From Candidatus Pampinifervens sinense (GTDB taxonomy: Bacteria; Aquificota; Aquificia; Aquificales; Aquificaceae), in contig JAXSPP010000005.1 in the NCBI GenBank assembly GCA_037927135.1, positions 82,785 to 146,784 on the forward strand: a stretch of 64,000 nucleotides of DNA, read 5' to 3'. Shown here in pieces: positions 9,462 through 18,830 of this stretch. The translations under genes and the position numbers were made by a program. Every line of letters begins with the position of its first letter. The first letter of the stretch is position 1. A model generated the notes under the pieces. The model was not told where the DNA came from. It saw nothing but the letters and a program-made list of their open reading frames with translations, and ran no database searches.

Positions 9462-10325
9462 ATGAGGTTAAAGGAGTTTTTAAAGGAAAACAACCTAAGC
9501 ATTGGGGACAATGTACGCTTTCTTCTTGATAAGTTGGGTATGTTATCGGAGGATTATCTTAGATTTTTGGAAAACAGCATAGGTGAGGCTGCAAAAATGT
9601 CTAAATCTAAGGCCAATACGGTGGACCCGGAGGAGGTTGTAAATAAATACGGTGCAGATACTATAAGGTTGTATATACTTTTTGCTGGACCGGTGGAAAA
9701 GGATTTTGAATGGACGGAGGAGGGGCTTCAAGGTGCTTACAGGTTCCTAAGAAGGCTTTGGAACTTTTTTCACACACATCTTGACAGCATAAAGGATATA
9801 ACCTATACTAGGGAAGACTTTAAAGGACTTTCTGGAACTGCCAAGGATATAAGGCGTAAGGTCCATCAAACGTTAAAGAGGTATACTTCTAGCATGGAGG
9901 ACCTTTCCTTTAATACAGCCATAGCGGGCATAATGGAACTGTTAAACGATCTTCAAGAGTTTAACCCAAGCTCACCTCTGGATTATAAGGTACTCAGAGA
10001 GGCTCTAGAGATCATCCTATTTATGCTCTATCCTATCACACCCCATATCTGTGAAGAGCTTTGGCATAAGCTGGGCTACCAACAATCTATGATGTTCTAT
10101 GCTTTTCCTGATCCTGATGAGAAGGCACTTACCCTTGATGAGATAGACTTACCCGTTCAAATAAACGGTAAGCTTAGGGCTGTTATAAGGGTGCCTGTTA
10201 ATGCGGAAGAGGAGGTGGTAAAGGAGATAGCTCTAAAGGACCAGAGGGTTGCCCAGTGGGTAAACGGTAAGGAGATAAAGAGGGTAATTTATATAAAGAA
10301 CAAACTACTTAATCTGGTGGTGTAG
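9462..10325 (+). CDS. leuS: Leucyl-tRNA synthetase beta subunit (split LeuRS)
   Basis: KMSKSKAN, YGADTIRLY, FNTAIA, PITPHICEELW, VQINGKLR; no HIGH half. Confidence 0.93.
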   Translation: MRLKEFLKENNLSIGDNVRFLLDKLGMLSEDYLRFLENSIGEAAKMSKSKANTVDPEEVVNKYGADTIRLYILFAGPVEKDFEWTEEGLQGAYRFLRRLWNFFHTHLDSIKDITYTREDFKGLSGTAKDIRRKVHQTLKRYTSSMEDLSFNTAIAGIMELLNDLQEFNPSSPLDYKVLREALEIILFMLYPITPHICEELWHKLGYQQSMMFYAFPDPDEKALTLDEIDLPVQINGKLRAVIRVPVNAEEEVVKEIALKDQRVAQWVNGKEIKRVIYIKNKLLNLVV

Positions 10326-10326
10326 G

Positions 10327-10515
10327 ATGGAGGCTCTTGTAGCTCTTCTGATCTTTCTAGGAAAGCTCCTATTGCTTATGATTGCAATAGGTCTTCCTCT
10401 CCTGCTTTTGATAGTCTTCATAGCAGACAAGGTGTATAAAAGGCTTGAACCAAAGTATGAAGAGTGGAGAGAGAAGAAGATCAAGGAACTGGAAAAGGAG
10501 GAGAAAAGGATATGA
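10327..10515 (+). CDS. Small membrane protein
   Basis: Hydrophobic N-terminal half followed by a charged tail; directly follows leuS-beta. Confidence 0.6.
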   Translation: MEALVALLIFLGKLLLLMIAIGLPLLLLIVFIADKVYKRLEPKYEEWREKKIKELEKEEKRI

Positions 10516-10536
10516 TGTTTGTCATAGCTTTTCCTC

Positions 10537-10564
10537 TTGACAGACTTTAAGCACATGCTAATTT
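10537..10564 (+). promoter_or_regulatory. Sigma70-type promoter of the for operon
   Basis: TTGACA-N16-TAATTT with TG just upstream of the -10. Confidence 0.55.
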
Positions 10565-10595
10565 GTTAATAACCTAAGCTTTAAGGAGGTAAGGC

Positions 10596-11309
10596 ATGCC
10601 TGCGGAAGTGTTGCCAGGTCCAGTGGGTTATATACCAACTCCTGCAGCCTTTGAGGGAGTAGAGCTACCACCACCAGGTAAGGCCTTGCTCTATGGAAGG
10701 ATAGTGGATGAAGAGACTGCTATGAGAGAGGCTGCAAAGGCCTTGCTCACAAGGAGGAATCCTACCATATTCCCTGGTCCACTGGTCCTTTGGGGGTGGA
10801 ACGCCAGTGCCATGGAAAAGGCAAAGGCAGTTCTTGAGCTAGCTATGGAGATACCAAACTGCAGGATCATACCTATGCCAGACTACAGGCCCAAGTATCC
10901 TAAGATAGACCCTGAAGCGGAGATCAACCCAAACCATCCAAACCTTACCATACTACACAATAAGATAGAAGTTTGTATCTTTGTAGGAGTTCACTGTCAT
11001 TATGCAAACCTGTCTTTGAGGATGATAAGGGCTGGAACCAATTGTTTTACCATAGCCATGTGTGCAGAGATGGGTCATGAGGATGCTATGGTCTCTTTGA
11101 GGGATGTGCATGCCGATGAGATAAGAAGGTTCAGGGATGTGGTAGTTCAGGTAAGGGAGGAGATGGGTATAAAGTGGGAGCCCAAGCTTCCACCGGAGAA
11201 CCCATCTTTACCAAAGGAAGAGTATCAAACCCTTTCTCCCCTTGATTACGGTGAGTATGCTTACCTACTTATCCCCAGAAGGGGAGAACAGATAACAGAA
11301 ACGGAATAA
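10596..11309 (+). CDS. forD: 2-oxoglutarate:ferredoxin oxidoreductase subunit delta
   Basis: INPNHPNL, GVHCHYAN motifs of Aquificae Por/For delta subunits; D-A-B-G-E-F order fits for rather than porEDABG. Confidence 0.8.
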   Translation: MPAEVLPGPVGYIPTPAAFEGVELPPPGKALLYGRIVDEETAMREAAKALLTRRNPTIFPGPLVLWGWNASAMEKAKAVLELAMEIPNCRIIPMPDYRPKYPKIDPEAEINPNHPNLTILHNKIEVCIFVGVHCHYANLSLRMIRAGTNCFTIAMCAEMGHEDAMVSLRDVHADEIRRFRDVVVQVREEMGIKWEPKLPPENPSLPKEEYQTLSPLDYGEYAYLLIPRRGEQITETE

Positions 11310-11327
11310 AAGTTTGGAGGTGGTACC

Positions 11328-12497
11328 ATGCCTGAGCAGAGGGTTGTAGATCCAGATTACCTTTTGCTTGAGGCGCCAAGAGAGAGAAAGTTTATAACTG
11401 GCGCCCAAGCGATGGCAGAAGCTGTAAAGCGTGCCAATGTAGATATAGCCATAGCCTACCCTATTACACCCCAGTCGGAGGTTATGCACCTAGTAGGAGA
11501 TCTATGGGCTCAGGGCTATTTGAGAGATTACTATAGAGCGGAGGAAGAATACGGTGCTATGTCCGCCATAGCGGGTGCTGTAAGGGGTGGTGCAAGGGCC
11601 TTTACAGCTACCTCCGGTCCTGGTCTTCTGAGGGGGCTTGAGGCTATAGCATCCTGGCCAGGCCACAGAATACCCGCAGTGCTTGGAGTCCTCACAAGGG
11701 TCGTCAATGCACCCCTCTCCATACAGCCAGACAACATAGAGATAGCTTATCTTTTGAACTGTGGAATAATCGTTCTTCATGCGGAAAACCAGCAAGATGT
11801 CTTTGACTTTACCCTTGCGGGCTTTGTCATATCCGAAAAGGTGGACGTATACATACCTGTAGCCGTCTGCACGGAAGGCTTCTTTGTTACACACGCCAAG
11901 GGCTATGTGAACATGACACCGGAGGATATGAAGCTTCCTCCAAGGGATCCTTACAAGGCACCCGTGCCACCAACGGACTGTGAAATACCTCCCGCAAGGA
12001 TTCAGAGGGATGCACCAGTTCAAAAATCCAACTTTATGAGCTATCTTATACACGCCGTATGGCAACAGGAGGTTTGGGCTTCCAACCTTCGTGCCATGAA
12101 ATACATTTATAAGTACTTGGGTGGACCAATAGAGGTGGTGAACCCAGATGCAGAGGTCTTTATAGTAGCCTCTGGATGTGCTGCAGCTCAGGGAAGGGAA
12201 GCTGTAAGGTATGCTCAGATGGAAGGACTTAACGTGGGCCTTGTTAAGGTGAAATCTATAAGGCCCTTCCCAGAGAAGGAGATAAGGCAGATACTCTCAA
12301 AGGCTAAGGCAGTGATAGTGCCGGAGCACAACATAATAGGATGGCTTGCAAAGGAGATAAAGGCATGCATACCGGATAACGATAAGGTGATAGGTGGTCC
12401 AAGGGTGTACGGTGGCATGACCTTGCCTGTGGAGCTTATCATGGAGAAGATTTATGAAGTCTTTGGCATAAAGAAGGAAAAGAAGGTAGTTGTGTAA
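11328..12497 (+). CDS. forA: 2-oxoacid:ferredoxin oxidoreductase alpha subunit
   Basis: AYPITPQSE, TATSGPG, IRPFP. Confidence 0.88.
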   Translation: MPEQRVVDPDYLLLEAPRERKFITGAQAMAEAVKRANVDIAIAYPITPQSEVMHLVGDLWAQGYLRDYYRAEEEYGAMSAIAGAVRGGARAFTATSGPGLLRGLEAIASWPGHRIPAVLGVLTRVVNAPLSIQPDNIEIAYLLNCGIIVLHAENQQDVFDFTLAGFVISEKVDVYIPVAVCTEGFFVTHAKGYVNMTPEDMKLPPRDPYKAPVPPTDCEIPPARIQRDAPVQKSNFMSYLIHAVWQQEVWASNLRAMKYIYKYLGGPIEVVNPDAEVFIVASGCAAAQGREAVRYAQMEGLNVGLVKVKSIRPFPEKEIRQILSKAKAVIVPEHNIIGWLAKEIKACIPDNDKVIGGPRVYGGMTLPVELIMEKIYEVFGIKKEKKVVV

Positions 12498-12520
12498 AAA
12501 AACTTTAAGGAGGTGTAAAG

Positions 12521-13387
12521 ATGGGCTTGGAATATGTTAGGATTTCACCCGGCTTTGAGAGGTATATGCCAAAGGACTACGTGGACCTTGTAAACTACGG
12601 TCCTTTTGGCAGGCAGATAGATGTACAGCAGCTAGGACAGTTCAAGGAGCTTGTGGAAGAGCATCCTATGTGTGCAGGATGCTTTATGGCCTACTTCATC
12701 AGGGTCTTCTACGCCGCCTTGCCCAATCCGGAAGACACAATAGTGATAGGGACAGCTGGCTGTGCAAGGCTTGCTCTATCTCAGGCTGCAGTACCCTTCA
12801 TATATGGAAACTACGGTGATACAAACGCTGTAGCCTCCGGACTCAAAAGGGCTCTTACTATAAGATTCCCAGATAAGGTAAAGGATGTGGTGGTCATAGC
12901 TGGAGACGGTGGACTTATAGACATAGGCTTTGGAATGACCATGCACTCCTGGTTTAGAAAAGAGAAGTTTACAACCATAATGGTGGATAACGAAGTCTAT
13001 GGAAACACGGGTGGTCAAGAAAGTGGTATGTCTCCAAAGGGTGTTCAGCTAAAAATGGCTCCAAAGGGTAAGCAGTTTGATAAGATAAACGCTGTGGAGC
13101 TTGCAAAGGTAGCTGGATGCGTGTATGTGGCCAAACTTGCTCCTACAAATCCTAAGAGGATAGCTAGGACTGTGAGGAGGGCCATACTTGCCGCAAGACA
13201 CTTTGGACCTACCTTTATCCACGCCTACACATCTTGTAACATAGAGTATTCAATTCCTACCGATAAGGTTCTTGAGGATGCAAGGAAGAGAGAAAAGCAA
13301 GACTTTGCCTTCTATGAGTGGATGACGGATGAAGTAAGGGAGTTCTTTGAAGAGATAGAGAAGAAGCAGGAGGAGGTAAAGGTATGA
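12521..13387 (+). CDS. forB: 2-oxoacid:ferredoxin oxidoreductase beta subunit (TPP-binding)
   Basis: CAGC, GDGG...DNEVYGNTGGQ. Confidence 0.88.
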   Translation: MGLEYVRISPGFERYMPKDYVDLVNYGPFGRQIDVQQLGQFKELVEEHPMCAGCFMAYFIRVFYAALPNPEDTIVIGTAGCARLALSQAAVPFIYGNYGDTNAVASGLKRALTIRFPDKVKDVVVIAGDGGLIDIGFGMTMHSWFRKEKFTTIMVDNEVYGNTGGQESGMSPKGVQLKMAPKGKQFDKINAVELAKVAGCVYVAKLAPTNPKRIARTVRRAILAARHFGPTFIHAYTSCNIEYSIPTDKVLEDARKREKQDFAFYEWMTDEVREFFEEIEKKQEEVKV

Positions 13388-14067
13388 AAAGGTATAACAT
13401 TAGGATATCTGGAGTTGGTGGGCAGGGGGTTGTGACCTCTGCCCATATCCTTGGTAATGCTATGTCTGCCGCTGGAAAGTATGCCACACTGGTTCCTTTC
13501 TTCGGTTCTGAAAAGAGGATGGCTCCCGTGGAGGCCTATGTGAGGGTTTCTGATCAGCCCATATACGAAGTGGGTGAAGTGGTCTACCCTAATGTGATCA
13601 TGATATACCATCCGCAGGTCATAACCCATGGAAAGTCTTACACCATGCCCTTCTACTCTGGTCTAAAGGAGAACGGTATAGTTATAATCAATACGGAGGT
13701 GGATATAATCCCTCCAGAGGATTGGGCTGTGCTCAAAGAGCTCAACGCAAGGGTGTATATGTTTCCGGCTACCAGGGTGGCTTTAGAAGTAGCTGGCACA
13801 GAGCTTGCAACCAACATGGCCATGGTAGGCCTCTTTTTCGGAATAACCAGGTTGGTGGGTTTTGAACATATAGAGCAGGCCGTAAGGGAGAGGTTCCTAG
13901 GAAACACCTTTGTAGCCTCCGGTGGTACCACAGCCCTAGACAGCGCTATAGAGAAGAAGTTCAAAAAGAAGATGGAGCTCCTAGAGAAGAACATGCAGGT
14001 TATAAAAGAAGCCTTTAGAATAGCGGAGGAAAGGGGCTGGGTATTGGAAGAGGCTCTTACAGGCTAA
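13384..14067 (+). CDS. forG: 2-oxoacid:ferredoxin oxidoreductase gamma subunit
   Basis: IRISGVGGQGVVT, PFFGSEKRMAP. Confidence 0.88.
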   Translation: MKRYNIRISGVGGQGVVTSAHILGNAMSAAGKYATLVPFFGSEKRMAPVEAYVRVSDQPIYEVGEVVYPNVIMIYHPQVITHGKSYTMPFYSGLKENGIVIINTEVDIIPPEDWAVLKELNARVYMFPATRVALEVAGTELATNMAMVGLFFGITRLVGFEHIEQAVRERFLGNTFVASGGTTALDSAIEKKFKKKMELLEKNMQVIKEAFRIAEERGWVLEEALTG

Positions 14068-14097
14068 GGTAAAATTTTAATAAGGAGGCAAGGCGGA

Positions 14098-14322
14098 ATG
14101 TACTATGTGGCCGATGTGAAGGAGTCTGAATGTGCCAAGTATAACTGTAAACAGTGCGTGCTCTTCTGTCCAGAACCCAACACACTTATGTATCATGCTT
14201 CAAAGCATGTAGCATGGGTGAATTATTCAAGGTGTAAAGGCTGTGCCATATGTGTTTACGTTTGTTCAGACCTTTTGAAAAGAAACTGTATAGAAATGGT
14301 TATGATAACGCCTAAAGAATAA
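14098..14322 (+). CDS. forE: Ferredoxin-like epsilon subunit
   Basis: CAKYNCKQCVLFCP and CKGCAICVYVC 4Fe-4S motifs. Confidence 0.82.
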   Translation: MYYVADVKESECAKYNCKQCVLFCPEPNTLMYHASKHVAWVNYSRCKGCAICVYVCSDLLKRNCIEMVMITPKE

Positions 14323-14337
14323 GGAAGGGGGTAAGGC

Positions 14338-14634
14338 ATGAATTTGGAAGAGAAGTTCAAGCTCCTCTCTGAAGAGGTAATTAGAAATATGGCAAACCCG
14401 GATATAGACCTGGAGCTGTGCTTTCCCAACGAAAGGGATGAGAGTTGTGAAGTAAAGAAGTATCCTTACATAAAGGTGAGATACGTTATAGAGGGGCACG
14501 ATGTCTATGAGAAGGAGATAGATATTGATCCAGAGTATTGGGAAAAGGATGTAAAGGACCTTGCCAACTTTGTTGCCTTTCAGATACAGCAGTTCATGGA
14601 GGAGATAGACTCGGTAGAGTACGGCGGTGAATGA
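14338..14634 (+). CDS. forF: Acidic protein at the end of the for operon (ForF-like)
   Basis: Position after forE; small acidic protein; assignment mainly by gene order. Confidence 0.6.
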   Translation: MNLEEKFKLLSEEVIRNMANPDIDLELCFPNERDESCEVKKYPYIKVRYVIEGHDVYEKEIDIDPEYWEKDVKDLANFVAFQIQQFMEEIDSVEYGGE

Positions 14635-15515
14635 TGCTCCCTTCCCTTATAATCACAGGTTTTTTAGGAAGCGGTAAGACTACCCTTTTGATAAACTCTG
14701 CCAGGGAATACTTTAGGGATAAGAGGGTAGCTATTATAGTAAACGAGCTTGGAGAGGTTGGTGTAGACGGGAAGGTGCTGAAGAACGTTTATTCTGAGGT
14801 TTTGGAGCTACCAGAGGGTTGTATATGCTGCACTCTTCATGCTGAGTTTGAAAAGGCTATTGGTGAGATAAAGGAAAAGTACAGTCCAGAGGTTCTACTC
14901 GTGGAGACTTCTGGTGGTGCGGTGCCCTTCCCTGTAATACTTAGCCTTCAGGCACTGAGTTGTTCTGTGGATGGTGTAATATGCCTTGTGGACTGTGCCA
15001 ATTTTGAAAAATACAAAGAGGACAGTACGGCCAAATACCAAATAGGAAGTTCTAATGTGATCGTCTTAAACAAAATTGACTTGGTAGATGAAGACAAGGT
15101 AAAGAAGGTTGAAGAAGAGGTAAAGGAAATATGGAGCCTATACAGGCCTGTAAATGCTTTTACCGGCGAGCCTTATTACACAAAGGTAAAGGTCTACAGA
15201 ACACAGTATGGAAGGTTGCCAAAAGAAGTCTTTGAAGGACTCTACACAATTCCAGAGCTAAAAGACTTCCCTCAACATCATGAGCACAAATATAAGCAAA
15301 GAGTAATAAACCTTATAGAGCCTGTTGATTATGAAGAGCTTGAAAAGAGGCTTAAAAGCTTACCAGAAAACGTAATAAGGGCAAAGGGTATTGTCAGGTT
15401 GAAGCATTATCCTAAACCTGTGGCCATAAACTACTCCTTTGGCCACTTGGACTACCCTATGGAGTTGGATGGCTACGACGGGCCCTCCTTTCTAGTCCTG
15501 ATTGAAGGAGGATAG
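14631..15515 (+). CDS. COG0523/CobW-family GTPase metallochaperone
   Basis: GFLGSGKTT, NE.GE.GVD, GCICC, ETSG, NKID, HHEH, RAKG. Confidence 0.92.
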   Translation: MMLPSLIITGFLGSGKTTLLINSAREYFRDKRVAIIVNELGEVGVDGKVLKNVYSEVLELPEGCICCTLHAEFEKAIGEIKEKYSPEVLLVETSGGAVPFPVILSLQALSCSVDGVICLVDCANFEKYKEDSTAKYQIGSSNVIVLNKIDLVDEDKVKKVEEEVKEIWSLYRPVNAFTGEPYYTKVKVYRTQYGRLPKEVFEGLYTIPELKDFPQHHEHKYKQRVINLIEPVDYEELEKRLKSLPENVIRAKGIVRLKHYPKPVAINYSFGHLDYPMELDGYDGPSFLVLIEGG

Positions 15516-15518
15516 GCC

Positions 15519-16490
15519 ATGGGTCTTGACCTTCTCTTACAGAACATCCTCAACCCTCCCGTTTTAATGTTTATGCTTGGGCTTTTGGCTGTGCTTTTGA
15601 AGACTGAGTTAGAGATACCTCAACCTTTACCTAAGCTCTTCTCTTTGTATCTTTTGATAGCCATAGGGCTTCACGGTGGCTATGAGCTTTCCAAGAGTGG
15701 CCTTACCCTTGATGTGCTCAAAGTGCTTCTTTTAGCTATACTTATGGCCATAGCCGTTCCCATATACGCCTTTTTCATACTTAGGCTAAAGCTTGACGTT
15801 TATAATGCGGTAGCCATTGCAGCTACCTACGGATCCATAAGCGCAGTCACTTTTATAACCGCTGGCTCTTTTCTAAACAGCTTGGGCCAAAGCTATGGTG
15901 GTTATATGATAGCAGCCATGACTCTTATGGAATCACCCGCCATAATTATAGGCCTTATACTTTTAAGCCTTTTTGCCAAAAGGAACAGCAACTCACAGAT
16001 AGAATGGAAGGAGGTCTTTAGAGAATCCTTCCTTAATCCGTCTGTATACATACTTATGGGAACACTCCTTATAGGCTTTATAACTGGAGAAAAGGGATGG
16101 AAGGCTATGGAGCCCCTTTTTGGAACACTTTTTAAAGGCATGCTAGCCTTCTTCCTTCTAGATATGGGTATAGTAGCTGGACGCAGGCTTGGTGAGATAA
16201 AAAAGGTGGGGACCTTCCTTGTGGCCTTTGGAATACTTTTGCCCATCTTTAACGCCTCTTTGGCCATAGCCCTTGCTAAGCTCTTTGGTCTATCTAAGGG
16301 TGATGCCTTTATGTTTTCTGTTCTCTGTGCAAGTGCCTCTTATATAGCTGTACCGGCTGCCATGAGGTTGTCGGTGCCCGAAGCCAATCCCAGCCTCTAC
16401 GTTACCATGTCATTGGCCATCACCTTCCCATTCAACATAGCCGTAGGCATACCTTTATACTACTTTCTTATAGACCAGCTTTGGGGGTAG
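15519..16490 (+). CDS. sbtA: Na+-dependent bicarbonate transporter family permease (SbtA-like)
   Basis: LSLYLLxAIG..GG-type segment, YGSISAVTF, MESPAII, SASYIAVPAAMR, ITFPFNI. Confidence 0.9.
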   Translation: MGLDLLLQNILNPPVLMFMLGLLAVLLKTELEIPQPLPKLFSLYLLIAIGLHGGYELSKSGLTLDVLKVLLLAILMAIAVPIYAFFILRLKLDVYNAVAIAATYGSISAVTFITAGSFLNSLGQSYGGYMIAAMTLMESPAIIIGLILLSLFAKRNSNSQIEWKEVFRESFLNPSVYILMGTLLIGFITGEKGWKAMEPLFGTLFKGMLAFFLLDMGIVAGRRLGEIKKVGTFLVAFGILLPIFNASLAIALAKLFGLSKGDAFMFSVLCASASYIAVPAAMRLSVPEANPSLYVTMSLAITFPFNIAVGIPLYYFLIDQLWG

Positions 16491-16496
16491 GATAAG

Positions 16497-16790
16497 ATGG
16501 AGCCTATGAAGAAGGTGGAAGTAGTCATTGACAGTGTGCATCTTAACAAAGTTCTTGAAATCTTGGAAAAGCAAGGAGTAAGTGGCTATACCGTTATAAG
16601 GGATGTGTGGGGTAAAGGGGAGAGGGGTATTATGGCCGGGGACGAGCTCACCGATGTGTTTAAAAACAGCTATATATTCACCGTGTGTACGGAGGAGGTG
16701 GCCAAGAGGGTGGCGGAGAGCCTTAGGCCTTTGTTGAGTAAGGTGGGGGGTGTGTGCATCATCTCCGATGTGCTGTGGTTGGTGCATTAG
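16497..16790 (+). CDS. sbtB: PII-like protein SbtB
   Basis: KKVEVVI..GVSGYTVI..V.GKG.RG, GGVCIISD; directly after sbtA. Confidence 0.82.
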   Translation: MEPMKKVEVVIDSVHLNKVLEILEKQGVSGYTVIRDVWGKGERGIMAGDELTDVFKNSYIFTVCTEEVAKRVAESLRPLLSKVGGVCIISDVLWLVH

Positions 16791-17826
16791 CTAAGACGCT
16801 TCTGTAGACCTCTTCATACCTGTCTGCCATTATACTGCTTGAGAAGTTTTGCTCCACATGTCTCCTACATGCTCTTCTGTCTAGTCTGTCTACTTTTTTG
16901 ACAGCCTGAGCCATCTCTTCTGTGGTGCGCGAGAAGCATATAAAGCCAGTGATACCATGGATCACTACCTCCTCTACAGAGCCTCCTGGGAAGGCTATAA
17001 CTGGCGTTCCGCAGGCCATGGCTTCTACCATTACAAGGCCAAAGGGTTCAGGCCAGTCAATGGGAAAGAGCAAAGCCAATGCTCCACCCAAAAGTTCAGC
17101 CTTTGTCTTTTCATCCACCTCACCTAAATACTCCACACCTGGTGTGTCTAAAAGTGGAAGGAAGTTCCTTTCAGCCCAAAGAAGGTCCGCTGGGTCTATC
17201 TTTGCCGCTATCTTCAAAGGAAGGCCAACCTTCTTAGCTACTTCTATAGCCTGTATAGGTCCCTTCTCTGGGGAGATCCTTCCTAGAAAAACAAGGTAAG
17301 GAGGGTCGGAAGGATTTGATCTGAAGGAGAAATGTTCTAAGCGTATGCCATTGTAAACTGTAGCTACCCAATTTAACGGAAGGTCGCTCACTGGAGCCCT
17401 TTGGCTATTGCTTATGCTTACTAAAGGCTGTTCTGGAAAACGGGAAAGTACCCTGCGTGTTTCGGGCAAGTCAAGCCTTCCATGAAGGGTGGTAACGGTT
17501 GGTGTAGGACTATAGCGAGCAAAAGGGAAGGTGAGATAATCCACATGAGAGTGAATAATATCAAAGCTCTCCGCCTGTGAATAAACTTCTTCCAACATGG
17601 CCATATGTAAGGCAATAGGGTCTTTTGTATTTCTGGACAGCCTTAGTCCTGCCTCTGCCATAGGTATAAGCCTTGCGCTTGTCTTTGAATCACCAGTAGC
17701 AAAGAGTGTCACATCATGACCTCTTTTTACAAGCTCTTCCACAAGGGCATAAACTACCCTTTCCGTACCTCCGTAAAGTCTGGGTGGAACAGCCTCATAA
17801 AGAGGAGCAATCATAGCTATCCTCAT
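16759..17826 (-). CDS. Glycosyltransferase family 4
   Basis: MRIAMIAP..VPP..YGGTE, GRISPEKG, WPEPFGLVMVEAMACGTPV. Confidence 0.93.
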   Translation of the reverse strand: MRIAMIAPLYEAVPPRLYGGTERVVYALVEELVKRGHDVTLFATGDSKTSARLIPMAEAGLRLSRNTKDPIALHMAMLEEVYSQAESFDIIHSHVDYLTFPFARYSPTPTVTTLHGRLDLPETRRVLSRFPEQPLVSISNSQRAPVSDLPLNWVATVYNGIRLEHFSFRSNPSDPPYLVFLGRISPEKGPIQAIEVAKKVGLPLKIAAKIDPADLLWAERNFLPLLDTPGVEYLGEVDEKTKAELLGGALALLFPIDWPEPFGLVMVEAMACGTPVIAFPGGSVEEVVIHGITGFICFSRTTEEMAQAVKKVDRLDRRACRRHVEQNFSSSIMADRYEEVYRSVLANAPTTAHRR

Positions 17827-17939
17827 GCCATAGCCCTCCTAATGAGTTTGTGGTTGTATGGAGACGGAAAAGGCAGAGGTCGGTTTGAGTAGTATTAACA
17901 GAATATATTTATATGCACCTTTTCATAGATTGCAATGTG

Positions 17940-17956
17940 TATAAGAAGGGCTTATA
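17940..17956. promoter_or_regulatory. Palindromic operator candidate TATAAG-AAGGG-CTTATA
   Basis: 6-bp-arm inverted repeat upstream of tusA; near-identical copies upstream of hdrC1. Confidence 0.55.
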
Positions 17957-18036
17957 GTATTTATCACAATTACTAATTGCATGTCCTATGATAGGAAATT
18001 ATAATAGGATGATAATTCTGTGAGGAGGTGATTAGG

Positions 18037-18273
18037 ATGGCGACCATTACACCAGATAAGACTTTAGATGCTTCTGGTCTTAACTGTCCATTGCCTGTTT
18101 TGAAAACAAAGAAGGCTCTTGAAGAGCTACAATCTGGGCAAATTCTGGAGGTTATAACTACAGACCCAGGTGCAAAGGCGGATATACCAGCCTTTTGCAA
18201 CAGAACGGGCCATGAACTTTTGGAAACGGTGGAAGAGGGTGGTAAGATAATCTTTTACATCAGGAAAAAGTAA
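18037..18273 (+). CDS. tusA: Sulfur carrier protein TusA
   Basis: LDASGLNCPLP, TDPGA..DI..FC; GAGGAGGTG SD before ATG18037. Confidence 0.95.
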   Translation: MATITPDKTLDASGLNCPLPVLKTKKALEELQSGQILEVITTDPGAKADIPAFCNRTGHELLETVEEGGKIIFYIRKK

Positions 18274-18285
18274 GGGGGGGATAGC

Positions 18286-18819
18286 ATGGCTACAGAAAGG
18301 CTTGCCATAATAGCCACAAAGGGAACGCTTGACATGGCCTATCCACCACTGATCCTTGCTTCTACAGCTGCCTCCCTTGGGATAGAAACGGCCATCTTCT
18401 TTACCTTTTATGGTCTCAATATCATACATAAAAAGAAGATGAATGAACTCAAGATAGCACCTATTGGAAACCCAGCCATGCCTATGGCCTTCCCACCCTC
18501 TATGCAAAACCCTATAACAAATACCATATCTTCCATATTCCCTGGGCCACCACAACTTTTGGGTATAATTCCTGGAATGACAGACCTTATGACTTTTATG
18601 ATGAAAAAGACGATAAAGGAGCATGGGGTAGCTACAATCCCTGAGTTGATAGAGGCATGTAAGGAGGCTGGTGTGAAGCTAATCCCCTGCCAGATGACTA
18701 TGGAACTCTTTGGCTATAAGTACGAGGACCTTATAGATGGTTTGGAGCCACCAGCTGGCGCAGCCACCTTTATAAACTATGTGATTGAGGCCGACAAACC
18801 TATGATAATCTTTGTTTAA
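18286..18819 (+). CDS. dsrE2: DsrE2-type sulfurtransferase
   Basis: KGTLDMAYPPLILAS, FFTFYG, PCQMTM, GAATF. Confidence 0.88.
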   Translation: MATERLAIIATKGTLDMAYPPLILASTAASLGIETAIFFTFYGLNIIHKKKMNELKIAPIGNPAMPMAFPPSMQNPITNTISSIFPGPPQLLGIIPGMTDLMTFMMKKTIKEHGVATIPELIEACKEAGVKLIPCQMTMELFGYKYEDLIDGLEPPAGAATFINYVIEADKPMIIFV

Positions 18820-18830
18820 GGAGGATAGAT

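Noticed and set aside
10596-14634. Calling the operon pyruvate:ferredoxin oxidoreductase (por)
   Set aside because: D-A-B-G-E-F order matches the Hydrogenobacter for operon; por is E-D-A-B-G. Substrate is still not proven from sequence
17823-17840. ATG-GCA-TGA mini-ORF before the GT4 start
   Set aside because: Only 3 nt from the SD; the second ATG has optimal 8-nt spacing, so likely incidental
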